Part shown: positions 41,092 to 54,221 of the stretch, piece by piece
Position numbering within the stretch: position 1 is the first letter of the stretch
Layout of the letters: the number at the start of each line of letters is the position of its first letter
Origin: Balanoglossus misakiensis
Lineage: Eukaryota; Animalia; Hemichordata
Direction: 5' to 3'
Assembly (NCBI GenBank): GCA_040954595.2
Contig: CM082583.2
Location: 12,996,987-13,060,986 of the forward strand
DNA: 64,000 nt
Position numbers and translations under genes: made by a program
Notes under the pieces: model-generated
Databases searched by the model: none
What the model was told of the DNA's origin: nothing
What the model saw: the letters and a program-made list of their open reading frames with translations, nothing else

Positions 41092-42675
41092 TTAAGACAC
41101 ATCTTTTGGCATTTTCAGTTGCTTTGGGTTGGGATACTGTGGATGTTCAATCACACCAACCCCAAACTTTAATTCTAGAAATTCTCTGATGTGATTTGGT
41201 GCCGACACCTGCATTCCTGCAAAGTTCATTTTTGTCAGTGGTGTCAAGTAATGTTCTGGAAACTCTGTGTCTTGTCTGTGTGTTTCCATCCACGTATCCT
41301 TGGTCATTATTCCATCTTTCACATAGAACGGAAATATATCCACGTGCATGTGATTACTGGCACTGAATTGGACACGGTAGAAGTCCCCTTCCCGAGCCTT
41401 TTCCCACACATATCCACCATCATCCAAAGCTGGAACACCTGCTTTCAGACCTCTCAACTGTTCACATTTTGGAACGTCGTCAGTGTACACTCCAATGTCT
41501 ATATCATAATCCCAGGGGATGATGTCATCATGTCTTGCTGCACCCAGCAGACTTCCCCCTTCCAGCCAATAGCGTACACCCGCTGATTCGAGTATCCCAA
41601 AGACGTGTCTCGCCGTTTCTCGTAAATGTTCCATACAGCATGGCGGTGTCCATCGTCCTTCATAAAGGTATTCAGGCATGTCATCGATGATAGTTCCAAA
41701 GCACCTGGGTGTGTCTCTGTTACAACCAAACCAACGAATTTCCCCACTTGGTTCCACAACTTTTTTAATCCCAAAGTTGTTGTAGAGATTTGTAATCCGT
41801 TCCTGTTGGTTGCTTGTATGTTTCCACTGGTCATGCAGATCTGTGTGTACTGTTTCCGTGGCAACTGATCCAACACCGCTGGTTATCAGCATCACCTTCC
41901 ACTGCCTCAAAGTTGTCTGGATGTAAAGACTTTTCAGCAGAGGTCTTGAATACGGGTGGCCAAGATTCACAAAATCTGCTGTCCGCATCACCAGAAGATG
42001 TGTACCTGAGACTGCATCACAGGTATTGCTATCAGACACTGAATAAGTCAAAGTCCAGCGTCTCATATCAGCATTCAGAGAATGACAAATTGCCAACTCA
42101 CTTTCTTTGACACTGTCTAACTTGAGGGCAACTGCCCGAACATTAGATGCGTGGTTAGGATTTTGAATAGATTTTAATTTTGCTATCATTGAGCGGATGG
42201 CTGAAGTCGATACAATTTGTATTCCATCTGGTAAAATAACTATGTATTCTGTCTTAATAAAATTTTCTGGTCTTGACGTATACTGTGACTCACTAGGCGA
42301 TATACTCAATGAAATAACAAGAACATTGTCTACTGTATCACCATGGTTACCGAGTTGAAGGGGCGGATAGGGCTGTCTGTCTGCAATAATTACAACAGGT
42401 GCATCGGGGAAGGTTTTTGAGATGCTTGATACAGCTCTAGGTATCAAATTGTTAAAATTCTCAAATTCCCTAAAGACAAATGTAAAGCGGTCCTTCTCTG
42501 GAAATATGATAGAGGGTCTCTCCTTGAGTCGAAGTCGTGATCGTCTCTCATCTTCATCATCAGTGGCTGTGTTGTGATCATCTAACCCTTGCTGTGTTCG
42601 GGCAACGAAATAAAGAACTATGAAATTCACCCCGATTGCAAAAACTAGAAGTAACTGACTTCTGGTAGCCCTCAT
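41092..42675 (-). CDS. FKRP: Fukutin-related protein (ribitol-5-phosphate transferase, LicD family), single coding exon
   Basis: 527-aa ORF. N-terminal type II TM (MRATRSQLLLVFAIGVNFIVLYFV). Zn-binding WFGCNRDTPRCFG...WTPPCC. Also YWLEGGSLLGAARH, IIPWDYDID (DxD), HVDIFPFY and FLELKFG. Confidence 0.97.
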   Translation of the reverse strand: MRATRSQLLLVFAIGVNFIVLYFVARTQQGLDDHNTATDDEDERRSRLRLKERPSIIFPEKDRFTFVFREFENFNNLIPRAVSSISKTFPDAPVVIIADRQPYPPLQLGNHGDTVDNVLVISLSISPSESQYTSRPENFIKTEYIVILPDGIQIVSTSAIRSMIAKLKSIQNPNHASNVRAVALKLDSVKESELAICHSLNADMRRWTLTYSVSDSNTCDAVSGTHLLVMRTADFVNLGHPYSRPLLKSLYIQTTLRQWKVMLITSGVGSVATETVHTDLHDQWKHTSNQQERITNLYNNFGIKKVVEPSGEIRWFGCNRDTPRCFGTIIDDMPEYLYEGRWTPPCCMEHLRETARHVFGILESAGVRYWLEGGSLLGAARHDDIIPWDYDIDIGVYTDDVPKCEQLRGLKAGVPALDDGGYVWEKAREGDFYRVQFSASNHMHVDIFPFYVKDGIMTKDTWMETHRQDTEFPEHYLTPLTKMNFAGMQVSAPNHIREFLELKFGVGVIEHPQYPNPKQLKMPKDVS

Positions 42676-43069
42676 CTTTCTAAAGCGATCGCATATCTTC
42701 AGAAATTATATTACTTCCACGGAGATCACTGGTGCTATATCTTGGTGACCTTGTTGACATGGATTTCAGGCTTGTTCGCAATTAATGTCATATAACCGTT
42801 TTTAGCGCTGATCTTTTGGCGTGAAATATAAGACCCTGACTCTTCATATATAACATGAGAATTAACAATTAAAAATTAAGTGAATAATTTATTATTTTTA
42901 CGGTAAACTGTCCTTCGTTTGCAACACAGAGAAAATTGATCATTGTACTTGGTTGTTGTACAAATTTGCGCCTAGACAGGTCTGCCCTTGGTTTCTTTCG
43001 TTTTCAGACGCCGCGTAAGTTGCAATAGGAATGACATAACAAACAAACGTATAGTGCGCCACTTTCAAA

Positions 43070-44282
43070 ATGGCCGAAAACAACAACAGCGGAATGGTTG
43101 TCGGAGATTTGACAGTTGAACAGAAAGACTGCCGAAAAGACGATAGTGAAACAGAAAAACAGTGCTCGCCAGACCATGAAGGAAAACACATGTTTCGACT
43201 TAGGGATGCTTTGCACAAAACAGTGGGGAAATGCATTGAGAAAACGAGTCGGTAAGTAGAGACTGTGATAATGACTGAATTTAGAAATGCCTCTTTCGCC
43301 ACCTGCTCTGTAATATCCACGTCACTGATTTGATGATACTTCTCATTTTCTTTTATAGGTACAGCATGTTTGCCCATAATTACAAGTTTGCACACAAAAG
43401 AAACCCTCAAATGTTGAAAAGTGTAGTCAAGCAATTTAACGATAATTTGAAAGCCTCCATTGAGGTAAGTAATGTGTGTAGGTTTTAAAATCTCAAATGA
43501 CAAGCATGAAATGAATCAGTGAAATAAAGCCAAGTGTACTGTGGGTTGTTCACAAGATGTATTGCAGTCTGCATAACTTAAACTATATTCCTGTTGTCGA
43601 TTCTTGCAGGCTGAGTTTGAGCAAATGATTGTGGAGGAAAACTTGGTTTCATTGTGCAACGACTTTGATAAGATGATAGAAGAAACCAGTGTGCCAGAAG
43701 AGAGGATATCTGCATGGTGAGACATTTTGTGAATTTAATTAAATCCCTGTGTAATCACCCCTTCAGTCACAGTCCCTCTGTACTTCAGAATCATCATTCT
43801 TCCCTAACTTCCCAAACTTGTCTTGAGCCATCATGACTACATTGCCCTTTTGTCGTGACAGGCGCCCGTCTGGAATCCCCAAGAAAGATGTACGCTCTCA
43901 CATCATGAATGCCAAATTGAAAGAAAGAGACGCTCTGAAGAAGGAATTGGAAGAGTTGGAACAGGAGCATGAGAGGCTCCAAGAAGTCTTCGTTGCCAGG
44001 ACGCAACATTTACTTGACGCTCAGAAAGCATTGAAAATGAAAATGTCAAAATGGGAGGAGGTAAACATGATGAAATTTGTCTCTAGCATCTCAAGAAGTT
44101 GTCTTTTACCATTAAAGTGAAAGTTTCTCCCATGTGAAGCGACAAACAAACTAATGTTTTACTTTTGCGATTTTCCTTGTTTTTATTTTTAGGGAGTGAA
44201 TGTGTGTACGAACGCCAACGCTACCAATCTCCAAAATTTAATATCTTCGATGTTGGAACACACCAAGGGAAGTTCTGACTAA
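43070..44282 (+). CDS. PMF1: Polyamine-modulated factor 1 / Nnf1 (MIS12 kinetochore complex subunit), 5 exons
   Basis: Exons ~43070-43251, ~43359-43464, ~43610-43716, ~43862-44060 and 44193-44282 splice in frame. The hallmark AWRPSGIPKKDV is followed by a coiled coil, as in PMF1. Confidence 0.85.
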
Positions 44283-44905
44283 GGAAGTATTCACAGGCAT
44301 GAAAGGCCATTGGCTAGAATGGTCACCAGCTGAAAGATCTGCAATTCTGTAGCTAATAGCAGTCCAGCAAGTAGCTTTTGCAGTTCGGATTTGGTTTGAG
44401 AAGTAGCGCCCTCTATAGTCAGCAAAAGAAGAGGCAATAGAATTCGACTGGTCTTAAAATTACTACTCATTTATTACTTTAGTCAACAACAAAATTGACA
44501 AGTTACAAAAATTCATTTGTGGTTAACAGCCTGTGTTTGACGGCCAAAGCGTTTTAATACAGGGAAGATGTCATCGTGGTGTTCGACGGGAGCAGTTTTA
44601 GCAAAGTTGCCAGAACACAAGACGCACTCATCATGGCAAATAAACATTTCGAACATTGAAGACGTAATGAGGCGCTCAAGTTCCATTGTTACTTTCATAT
44701 AAAGAAGGACCCCACAGTTCAGTACAGCAATCCTATGCATTGGTGTCCCAAATAGGCTTGCGATATGGCCTACTGAAAGGTTTGGTCGACTTTGAAGTGA
44801 AGTGAGTTAATGTTTAAAGTTGTGTTGTCTCAAGCCTGTGTGGTTAAAGATTATACTAGTCTATAGAAGTAGATGTAACAGGTGACTGCCAGCATCCCAA
44901 CGTCA

Positions 44906-47900
44906 TTACAATGAGTTAATCTTGGCTAATTCACTATCCTGTAATACAAGAGAAAACAGAAGTTATCATTCACCTCTGGAGGGTCTTCCTAAAGGTCTGT
45001 ATTTCAGATTTTATGCTTTAAAGGTAACAAAAAAATCTCGTCATTCGTCTAAAGTGTTAGGGCAATCACCTTGGAAACGGTGGAGTCATTGTCTGTTGTG
45101 TATTTCCTGTAAAAACACCAGACAACTTCAAGGAATAGCGTGATAAATGCTAACGCTGCCCCCATGGCCAGGACGTAAAACACACCAGCGACCATCTCAA
45201 GCTGGATATCTCTGGGTTGACCTCTCGTTGTCTTCAAGGTCGAACATACACTCTCCTTCTCAAACCATTTCCTCCTCAGTTCTTCCAACAGACCTTGTTC
45301 TTGCATTTTGAGGAATCTGAACAAGAAAGGGAACCGTGACAGTTTTTTTCATTTATCGAGTATTTACATCATTGCGTGATTAGCAAGAGCTCGGTCACTC
45401 CACCAATAAATGACCACTACTCACAGAACTGATATTTCCTCCCTGTAGGGGGCGCCCCTCGGCGTGGCAACCCCGTAGCCTTTCAGATTGAACGGTTTCC
45501 CGACTGTCATCACGTCGCAGTGCGTCTGTTTAGTGTAGTCCAAGATAGGAGAATCCCAGAATAAAGCATAGTCTTCGGTTCGCACTCTCTCGTAGCCCTC
45601 CTCGGCTGTCTTCACCGATGCTGACGGTTTTACGGTGCTCATGAAACTCCAAAGTCTGTGAAAGACACGCTTTTTTCAGATTATCATTTCAGTCATTTAT
45701 TATAAACATAATTTTTATCTTAATTGTCAATGAAAATGTAGACTAAAACGGTGACCATTTACCTCGAATAGAGTTCATCTTGTTCGGCGCGTCGTTGAAA
45801 CCAACGCATTAAACTACTGTCCTCCACTGTGCCATACACCACTTTACTCTGCTGTGCCAAGTCTTCCAGTGAGTTGATACTCGTGTCCATGCGAGACACT
45901 GTCAGAAAGGCGGCCAAATTTGCCGTGTACGTTGCCACGACAATGAGCGATCCAAACCACCAGAATGCGCCCATGATGCGACTCGAGACAGAAATTGGAG
46001 TGTAATCCGACCCTGTGTGTAGAAAATTGTAAAAAAATCCTTGATTTGCTGTTGCCTTTGTGGTTGTTGTGTTTGGTGCCCCAGTGGTCAGATCGAGAAA
46101 CTAACAGGTCTAGATATATTACGTCGTTCGGTTGCCCCCACCCCACCCACTTTTTTTTGGGGGGGGGGAGCTTGTCATAGCCACTCACCTTGCTGCATAA
46201 AGCCAGAGAAAGTGAACCATAAACTATTCATCAAATTGAACTTGGACCTTCCCTGCTTGCTGTTCTTGTGAACGTTGTAGTCACTGAAGGGACTGAGGCG
46301 ATCGAGCAGAAACATGACGACGCCAATGATCAAGATGGATGCAAGCACGCATCCCCAGACGCTGATGCGCAACGGCTGCAGAAAGGCGAAAGTGTTGGTC
46401 GACTGCTGAGGTTTGCGGATCAGGATGCTAACGTCATAGTTCATGAATGGCTTGGTAAAATCGACAACCCTCTGTCGCTCTGAAGTGGTGATCATCCCTG
46501 CTACGGCGAGATGAGCTCTCTGCAAAGGAAATAACAGTTACCACATTAATATTAATTAATATTTGTGATAGTCACCGACAAATTCTGAAACTATTTCCCC
46601 GACCCTACCAAGAACAGATCCATCATAGACTTACTCCATAGTAGACTTCGCCAACCAATCCACTCCAAGTGCCATCGTCATTTTGTGAACCGTACTTGCC
46701 GTCTGGCACTTCGTACAGCTCATACTTCACTTGCAGAGTTTCGACAATTTTTTTGATCAAATCGATGCAGTAACCGGTGTATTTGGGACCGTAATCAGTG
46801 TCTTCTCTCATCACAAATGGCGCTTCCTATCAACGGGGGAAAAGATGGACTCTGTAACATTTTGAATAAGATAAAGAAGCTTTTCCAAATGTATCATCAA
46901 TGTTTGATATCACTATAGCCTCCAAGCCTCTGTCACAAAAGTTCGCGTTTCTGCGAATAAGTGTCGAGGCAAGTTAACAGTCTATAAGTGTAATACTTGA
47001 AAGTGAGAAAATAGGTTTCCTACCACAATGGTGACTATTCGTAGGGTTTGGTTTGTCTTGTACAGGTCAAAGTTCCTCGTGAAAGGTTTCTGAATGAACT
47101 TCAGTCCCCTGTTGGTATCCCATGAGCCAATGCGCCAGTGGTGGCTGGAGTTCATCAGGTTTTCTACACTGATCAGATCCATCCTGATTTGATCGTTGTA
47201 ACTAGTGTGGCTGAACGAAATGTCGCCAAGCAAACCCTCTAATCGTATCTGCAATATAAAGGCAATTGGTGTTTTAAAAGGAACACGCACTGCCACTTTT
47301 TGGCCAATATATAATAGCTCCGCCCTTTGGGGTGTTTGCGCACGTCTCACATACCTTTCGCAGCGTTCTTTTGAAAATCCGAGACGCATTCTGTGAGTTT
47401 TGCGGGCGATCCCCGACAAAGACGTCGCATGTCAGATTTTCCGGACTCTTCCATCTCCCTCGAATGATGACGTCATCAATCGTGGTTACCATGGTTTGGA
47501 GAGCGTCATACAAGTATGCACGGACAACCTGCACAGGAAGATTTAACACAGATTTTGAAATATATCAGACTACGAAACAAAAATCAACAGTTTTACCAGT
47601 TATTAAAGGTATAAGATAACCTTGTATGTAGGCGCGTTCTAGGTGTTCTGGTGTAGGTGCACTATATTCGCATTAATTCTGATAATGCAAGCGCAGCCAA
47701 TTGGAAATGTATACAGAACTACAGAACGAATGAAATGATATAACACGTAGTCTACAATCTAACCGGGACATAAAGCGTGGATCTGGATGAAACTAAAAAT
47801 ACAATGCTTCCGGCTAAAATGGCAAGTGAGCTCAGGTGGACTAAGTAGAGCTTCACATTAACAAAGCGCCGTCTGCCATTACCAGTTGTAATGCAAAAAC

Positions 47901-50900
47901 GTTTAATCATAGACATTAGGGACCCAACAATACCTGTAACACGCACGCTACAACTGAGTGGATTTATGTGGATTTAGCTGTAAATTTTGACGATTTTGGG
48001 TATTTTTTGTTCGAACAAGAAACTGCAGTAGACAAAGCAAAACAAAAATGCTGGAAACTAATTGTTCAATAATTGTTGCATGCAATGCCTCCTACTATAT
48101 GCACACTGGCATGACGTCATATGATGTCAGCTGTCAAGGCATGCAATTATTCGTAGAGGCCAAGAAAGTTAAATTCCATGTTTGAATCTTCGTGAGTGAG
48201 GGTATCGAGAAATTCAATGCTAAAGATCAACATTTTTGTTGCGGAACCATAAGTAAATTTAATCTTGCAAATGGTGATGATGTAATTATGTCGTCTGAGA
48301 AAAAACTACTTACCCGGTTTTCTCACAATATTGATACGTACGTCAAACATTGAATTTTATTTCTATGGCCGTACTACTATGCTAAGCTTGCATTTAAATA
48401 ATAAAGGCTGGTGAAATACATTAACAAAACATGTATTTGTAGACAAATTCGTCAGTATGCAGATACACGCACCATGCTTTTTAAATCTCCAATGTAGAAA
48501 TTCTCCTGAAGAATAAAACACAACAAAAATGATAATTTTGATTTTTAGATAATTATATGAAAAAACACGGTGTCTTTAGCTGACAAGAAATGGTTCACAG
48601 AATTGTCAGGGGACTCGTCTAGCCTTTAGAACTAAAATTGAAACAATCACTATTCAGTTCATATTGAGTACTAGATGTTCAACTTGAAGACTTTTTACAG
48701 TGTATTGATACAATCCGCAGACTTTCGCAGTTGCCCATCTGCAACTCTCCGCTTTATCGATAACAGGCGGCGGACACTAAACATTCGTGGTCATCTTTGA
48801 ACAAAATTACCTGTTCGTTTCGAAGAGGGTTTAGTGTTGGTCCTACACCCTCGCCTCCACTGTCGAGTCGTATACGAGCCCAAGCTTCGGCTAACTTCGG
48901 GTTTTCTGTTTCCGTCTGGATGGTTTGTCGCAATACTGTCACAATGCCTGCGATGTTGTTAAACCGATTCAAGTCAGTGTTACTCATCACCTTGAAAGAA
49001 ACACATCATTGTTAGAATCTTAGCAAAAGACCAGATCTGACAAGTTGCCATGGAGACTACAGAAATGCAAAATTAAATATTACCGAGCGCGCACAAATCA
49101 CAAAATTATTATGTATTTCATATTTATGACTTATTAGAAACATAAATGCTGCTCTTCTGGTGGTCTCGCAAAATCAATATTCAAAACCAATAAATGCAGA
49201 TTAGAAAGACAATATGGCGCCCATACCTGTGAAACGATGAGCCATTGGTATTCACCGATAGTCATTCCAAACGACGATGCCTGTTGGAGAAAAAATCAAT
49301 CAATCTTCAGTAATTTCCTATTCATGGGGTCGTTGTCCTACATGTCGTATGACTTTTTTATTATCCAACTATTTCCATTTATGTAAAAAATACACAGTCT
49401 GTGCTTAAAATTACCAGCGGAATACTGGCGCCGCGCTATATTACTTGAAAGTGTTGGTACCATTCTTAAATTGAGATGCCCTCCACACCGTTTTCCCAAG
49501 ATAATTTCATGAAAACCAGCCGTAGATTTTACACTGACCTGTGTAAGTATGTCTACAATGCAATCCATACCACAGTAGACTGCAAAGTGCTTGAGGTCTC
49601 TTTCTTTGACCGCCGCTAGTTGCTGTATGGTGTCTAGGGTATCTTGGTATTTCACCAAGACTATGTGTGGTGATAGATCGCCATCGAATTCGACTCGAAG
49701 TAAGTTTCGGACTTGTGTTCGATCTAGGTTATTGAGAGGGACAGAGAAGGTATAGAGATGGGGCGGGGGGATATACATCATTATTTAAATATGGAGAGGT
49801 AGAGTACATCAAGTTGATTTTCATCCAAGCGCGTGACCACATTGTGCAGCTTATCAATCAATAACAATTGTGGACATGGTGTTGTCTGAATTCAACTTGC
49901 AGGTGGCACGCAATGCATTGTTGAACCGATAAGACAACACGCATCTACCATCACGCGCACCGACGATACTGACCTCCCTGTGGGCACTGACCCCGACGTA
50001 CGCATCCATCACTTCACTACTAGTATTTAATTTAGAAAACTAACATTCACAGCCAGCGCTCAACATCCGGGTGCTCAGTCGAGCGGAAAGTCTATCATCC
50101 CAAAATACGCGTCGATGCTTTTTACAGTATTGCAGAGTCTGATACAGGTGGATTACTCTAATCTGGCTAATAATTCATTCTCGTTCGGCGGCAGATGGAT
50201 CATTATTTTCCACTTCAGACTAAAGTATGAATGATTCTTTAAAAGTGAAGGAATTGAAATCAGACCCTATTCTCTTCTGACCCGTTCTTTGCAGAAGCCC
50301 CAGAAAACCCACACCCACGCAATTAATCTCCTCTCTGATGAAATTCTTTTCACACACAATCCCGTGAAAATGCATGGCTTGTATAGATTTCATGAGATTC
50401 TCTGTGTAAAGCAACTGCTCAGACAGAAAATGCTGAAACAAACTAATCCAATAAATCTATAAGACTACTATCTGAACAGCTCCCAGATAACCTCATTCCA
50501 CTCTGCAAATTGTGTCCGCTCTCATTTCTTGCGGCGATTAGTCTTGGTGATTGAGCGCCATGTTTCGATCACCAGGTTATGAAAACCCGAGTTGAGGGAA
50601 GAACATGACGTGATAATTTGAAGAAGAAGAAAAAAGCTTTAGGCCTAGTGTCTGTGCACAGCGGAATTCGTTTGCGAATCTTTTCTGCATTTGTTTCATA
50701 CCTTCAACATTTTCGTAAAACACGACAGTTTTATTCCACTCCAGTACACGCATCAAATCCAACATAGCAATATTGGTGAGCGTCAGATTGGGTCGAATGC
50801 TGAATGAATAGCCATCTTGGGATGGTGAAAACGAGGCAGAGGTATCCTCGCATTGATGACGTAACACGCTGAAGTGCAGCACCTGGTTGGCGTTCATCAT

Positions 50901-53900
50901 CGAAGCGACCACCTTGATTGCGTCACAGCTGAGAACCGATACTACAGCAGAAATCCCGGAGTCTAGCAGTATACATGCTGTATGACCGAATAAAAAAACG
51001 ATTGATGTATCAAAGTCTAACATGGATAGCAACTCGTTTAACCATGAAGGCTTATTAATAATACGAAAATCCCCATACCTGTCCTAATGGCAGCGAATGT
51101 GTCGTCTTCAGGTACTTTTCGAATGACGTAGTCCATCACAGATGGTGATGCCAGTTCTTCGTCCTTGTTGATTTGGTTTATCGCCAGGTCAACGACTTCT
51201 TCCATTCCATCGTATTCACCTTCCACCAACACTCCTGAAACCATGATACACAGTGTATTTTGTGAGAAAGTTTGCTGAACTATTTGAGTTCAGGCAGCTT
51301 GTCGGTCGGTTCATGGTGTCGGGGTTGGACAAGCAGGTTTGCAAACGACAGGGCCGGCAAATTAACATGTCACACCATTATAAGTAAATACGGTGGCATG
51401 TCTGCAGTTCACCATATTGAAATAATTAACACGTCGACCGCTTTCAACAAATTCACCAAAGCATTCAAAAGGTTGTATGTTGTTTTCCCCTGGTATCAGT
51501 CTACCTTATACTTCGCCTCATTGCCAGTCTCCGCGAGTACCGTGTTTGCTTTTTATTCATCGACTGTAATAAGAGCGAATTACACGTGGATCGTTTGTGT
51601 ATTCTATCTCATATTTACTAATTGAAACTTTAAAATATTGAAGAGTGCTATCAAACCGACTGTGAGTTTTCCATGATAAGTAGGCTCTGTTTTCCCCTTG
51701 GGACACATCAACAATTTCAGGGAAAAGCGGCAGCGTTACAATCATTCACCAGAAGTCACCAGACGTTATAATACACATATTATATTGTATTTTTTGAGAA
51801 ATATAATACTCAGTTGCAAGTGCGACCTCATACCGGTTCCCGTAATAGAATATGTTTGTCAAGTAGAGACCCATTTTTACCTAAATGTCGTCATTTCAAA
51901 TCGGCGAATTGGATCATTTCATTTTCAGTGTTGCTGGTTTTAAGTTCCTTCTTGTGCAAACATCTTTTCAGGCAAAACACACACTCCAATTCTCTTCCCA
52001 AATTAATGACATTATTTATATCGAATCAAAATTAAAAGCTCTCCATCTCAACCGCAAACTGTTACCAAACCTTGTGATCTCACCCGCGGCCGCATAAATG
52101 GAGAATTTGTATACAGATTCCTTCCATTACGTATTTTTTACCGCGAGGCATTTGAACTTTAAGCATACAAACCCGCCAACCTGCAATGCATGTGATAGTT
52201 ATCTCGTTAAAACAGGCAATTTTAAGTATAGGCTTTAACGTACTTTTTTCGTTTTAATGAAGGCAAGATCGTGTACTCTGATAAAATTATGGTATATCCA
52301 TTTAAGAAATGCGAGTTTGTTGAGAGTCTACGCATCATTGTAACAGGCAGGTCAGCTAGCTGGTGGAGTGTGGCATGTGCGTGGCCCCACGGTCGGATTA
52401 TAGGCATCAATCTGAACCACTTGACCCATGTAGGAGCAGAGGCGACAGCTGAACATGCAAATGATTTAAGGAGAAAATACTTTCATGAACTGGGGGGAAA
52501 AATAATGTCACCACGTGTAATCATCTGACACTGCGCGTAATAAATCCCCAGTGGAAACTGCACAGCTGTAAAATTGTAATGGCTCGCCATATTTACAGTC
52601 ACCAAGCTCTGAACAGCCATCTTGATGTTGACCGAGTTCCAGCACAGTAGCCTTGGCAGTCGTTTTTGATTCAATGCGTTGGTGTAATTTGCTTCATAAC
52701 GTCGAAGTCTAAGCGTCTGAGCTGGAGCTGTTGATTTGCATATATATTGGACGGATTGGATAAGTTCCGAGTATCTCAATACGACCTTAACGGTTCTATG
52801 AAAATGGGACTGAAGGATAAGATCCAGCAGCTGGGAGAGATTATCAGATTTCTGAATAGAAATTCCAGCAGAAGAAAGGTTGATACGCTACCGCACACAA
52901 CCGCCGAGGCGGATGCGTTTTGTGATTTTAAACCGAGAACCGCAAGCTCGTTATCCGCGTCGCGCTCACGCTCAACAAAGATATCAATCACGTTATAAAT
53001 GCAAAACTGAAGTCCACATTCGGAGAAAGGGCAGGCTGATAAATGTAACTATTTGCATGAAATATTACTGTTTCATAAATATTATTGATTTAATCAATTT
53101 AATGACATGGACCCGAATAACCGTAATTTTTACAGATCGAATGGCCTACATAATATCCGAGTAATACCCAGGGAATTTTTAGTCTTTCATTCAACTAGAA
53201 ATTCGGTTTCGAAAACTTAGTACTTTTGTGTCCGGGTTTGTTTTGAACCAATTCAACTGATTAATTTTAAAGTCAGTCCAACAGTACGAAGATACATTTC
53301 ACCTACAAGTTTTAATTTCAATATAAAAAGTGCTTTGTAGATTAAACAATAATTGTAATCAGTTAAGTTTTACCAGTTTATATGACCTAATAAAAAAAAA
53401 CTCGTTTCGAGAATCGCGAAATACATGAATCGTGTAACATGGCAACGCTGAACAAGCATAGCGTTGTCGAGAATGAGATGACGTCAACGTTGCCATTCAC
53501 TGTGGCGTAACAAATCTTCCCGTAGAAATTGTGAACGCATCATCGGGCCTCTTTTTTCTACACCCGACCCCACACAGAGTAATTTTCTTCTAGACCTTCC
53601 TAGTATTCACTCTTGGTATACAGCTATTTTGTCATCCACTACATGCTGTGTGTTTACGCTTGGCGGATTCTCCTGGTAAATTACGTGGTGAGGATTCATT
53701 CAGTGACATTTACACAAAAGGCCAGGCCTTAATGTTTCAGAGACACCTATGTCTGATAGGCGCCACTTTAATTTCCCCAGCTCAAGAAACTGTGAAATAG
53801 GGAATGCGTTTTGGGGGTATGTGACTTAGGCACGTCTGTAGCCACAGAAGCGTTGAGGATATTGAGAGCGCTAGTGATCCAGAAATCCCAACCGCACTTA

Positions 53901-54221
53901 CAGCCTCATTTCATCTCGCGATTGCAACTGATAAGGAGCAGGTTTGTTTTGCAAAACAGAGTCTTTCTGTTCGGTTTATGTCGCCCCGGATTTCATCTGG
54001 AGGATTAAGAAACGTTTGACGTTATACTGAATATTGTTTTCTGCGAGTGGTCGCCGAGACGAGGCCAACAATATATCTAGTAGTATATGCGTTTGTATAA
54101 AATGTATGTTGGGAAGACGAAAATGTGGATACAAACCTATACGGACCAGCGAAGGTGTGTCCCTCCCAACAACGTCTGCCAAAACACAGTACGTGAACAC
54201 GATAAACAAAGCGGCTCTCAT
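44906..54221 (-). CDS. Ionotropic glutamate receptor family subunit (non-NMDA, delta-like), ~14 exons
   Basis: Signal peptide exon 54221-54137. ATD exons (51234-51079, 50977-50702, 49723-49539 and others). S1: EAPFV, YTGYCIDLI, DGKYGS, ERQRVVDFTKPFM. Pore: SLWFTFSGFMQQG. M3: TYTANLAAFLT. S2: YGTVEDSS, FWDSPILDY, GYGVATPRG. M4: VAGVFYVL. Last exon 44938-44906 (DSELAKINSL*). Confidence 0.95.

Noticed and set aside
41191-42110. Several ORFs overlapping FKRP
   Set aside because: They are alternative-frame or antisense shadows of the FKRP coding exon.
42940-43503. 187-aa minus-strand ORF
   Set aside because: It is antisense to PMF1 exons 1-2, starts at TTG and has no domain.
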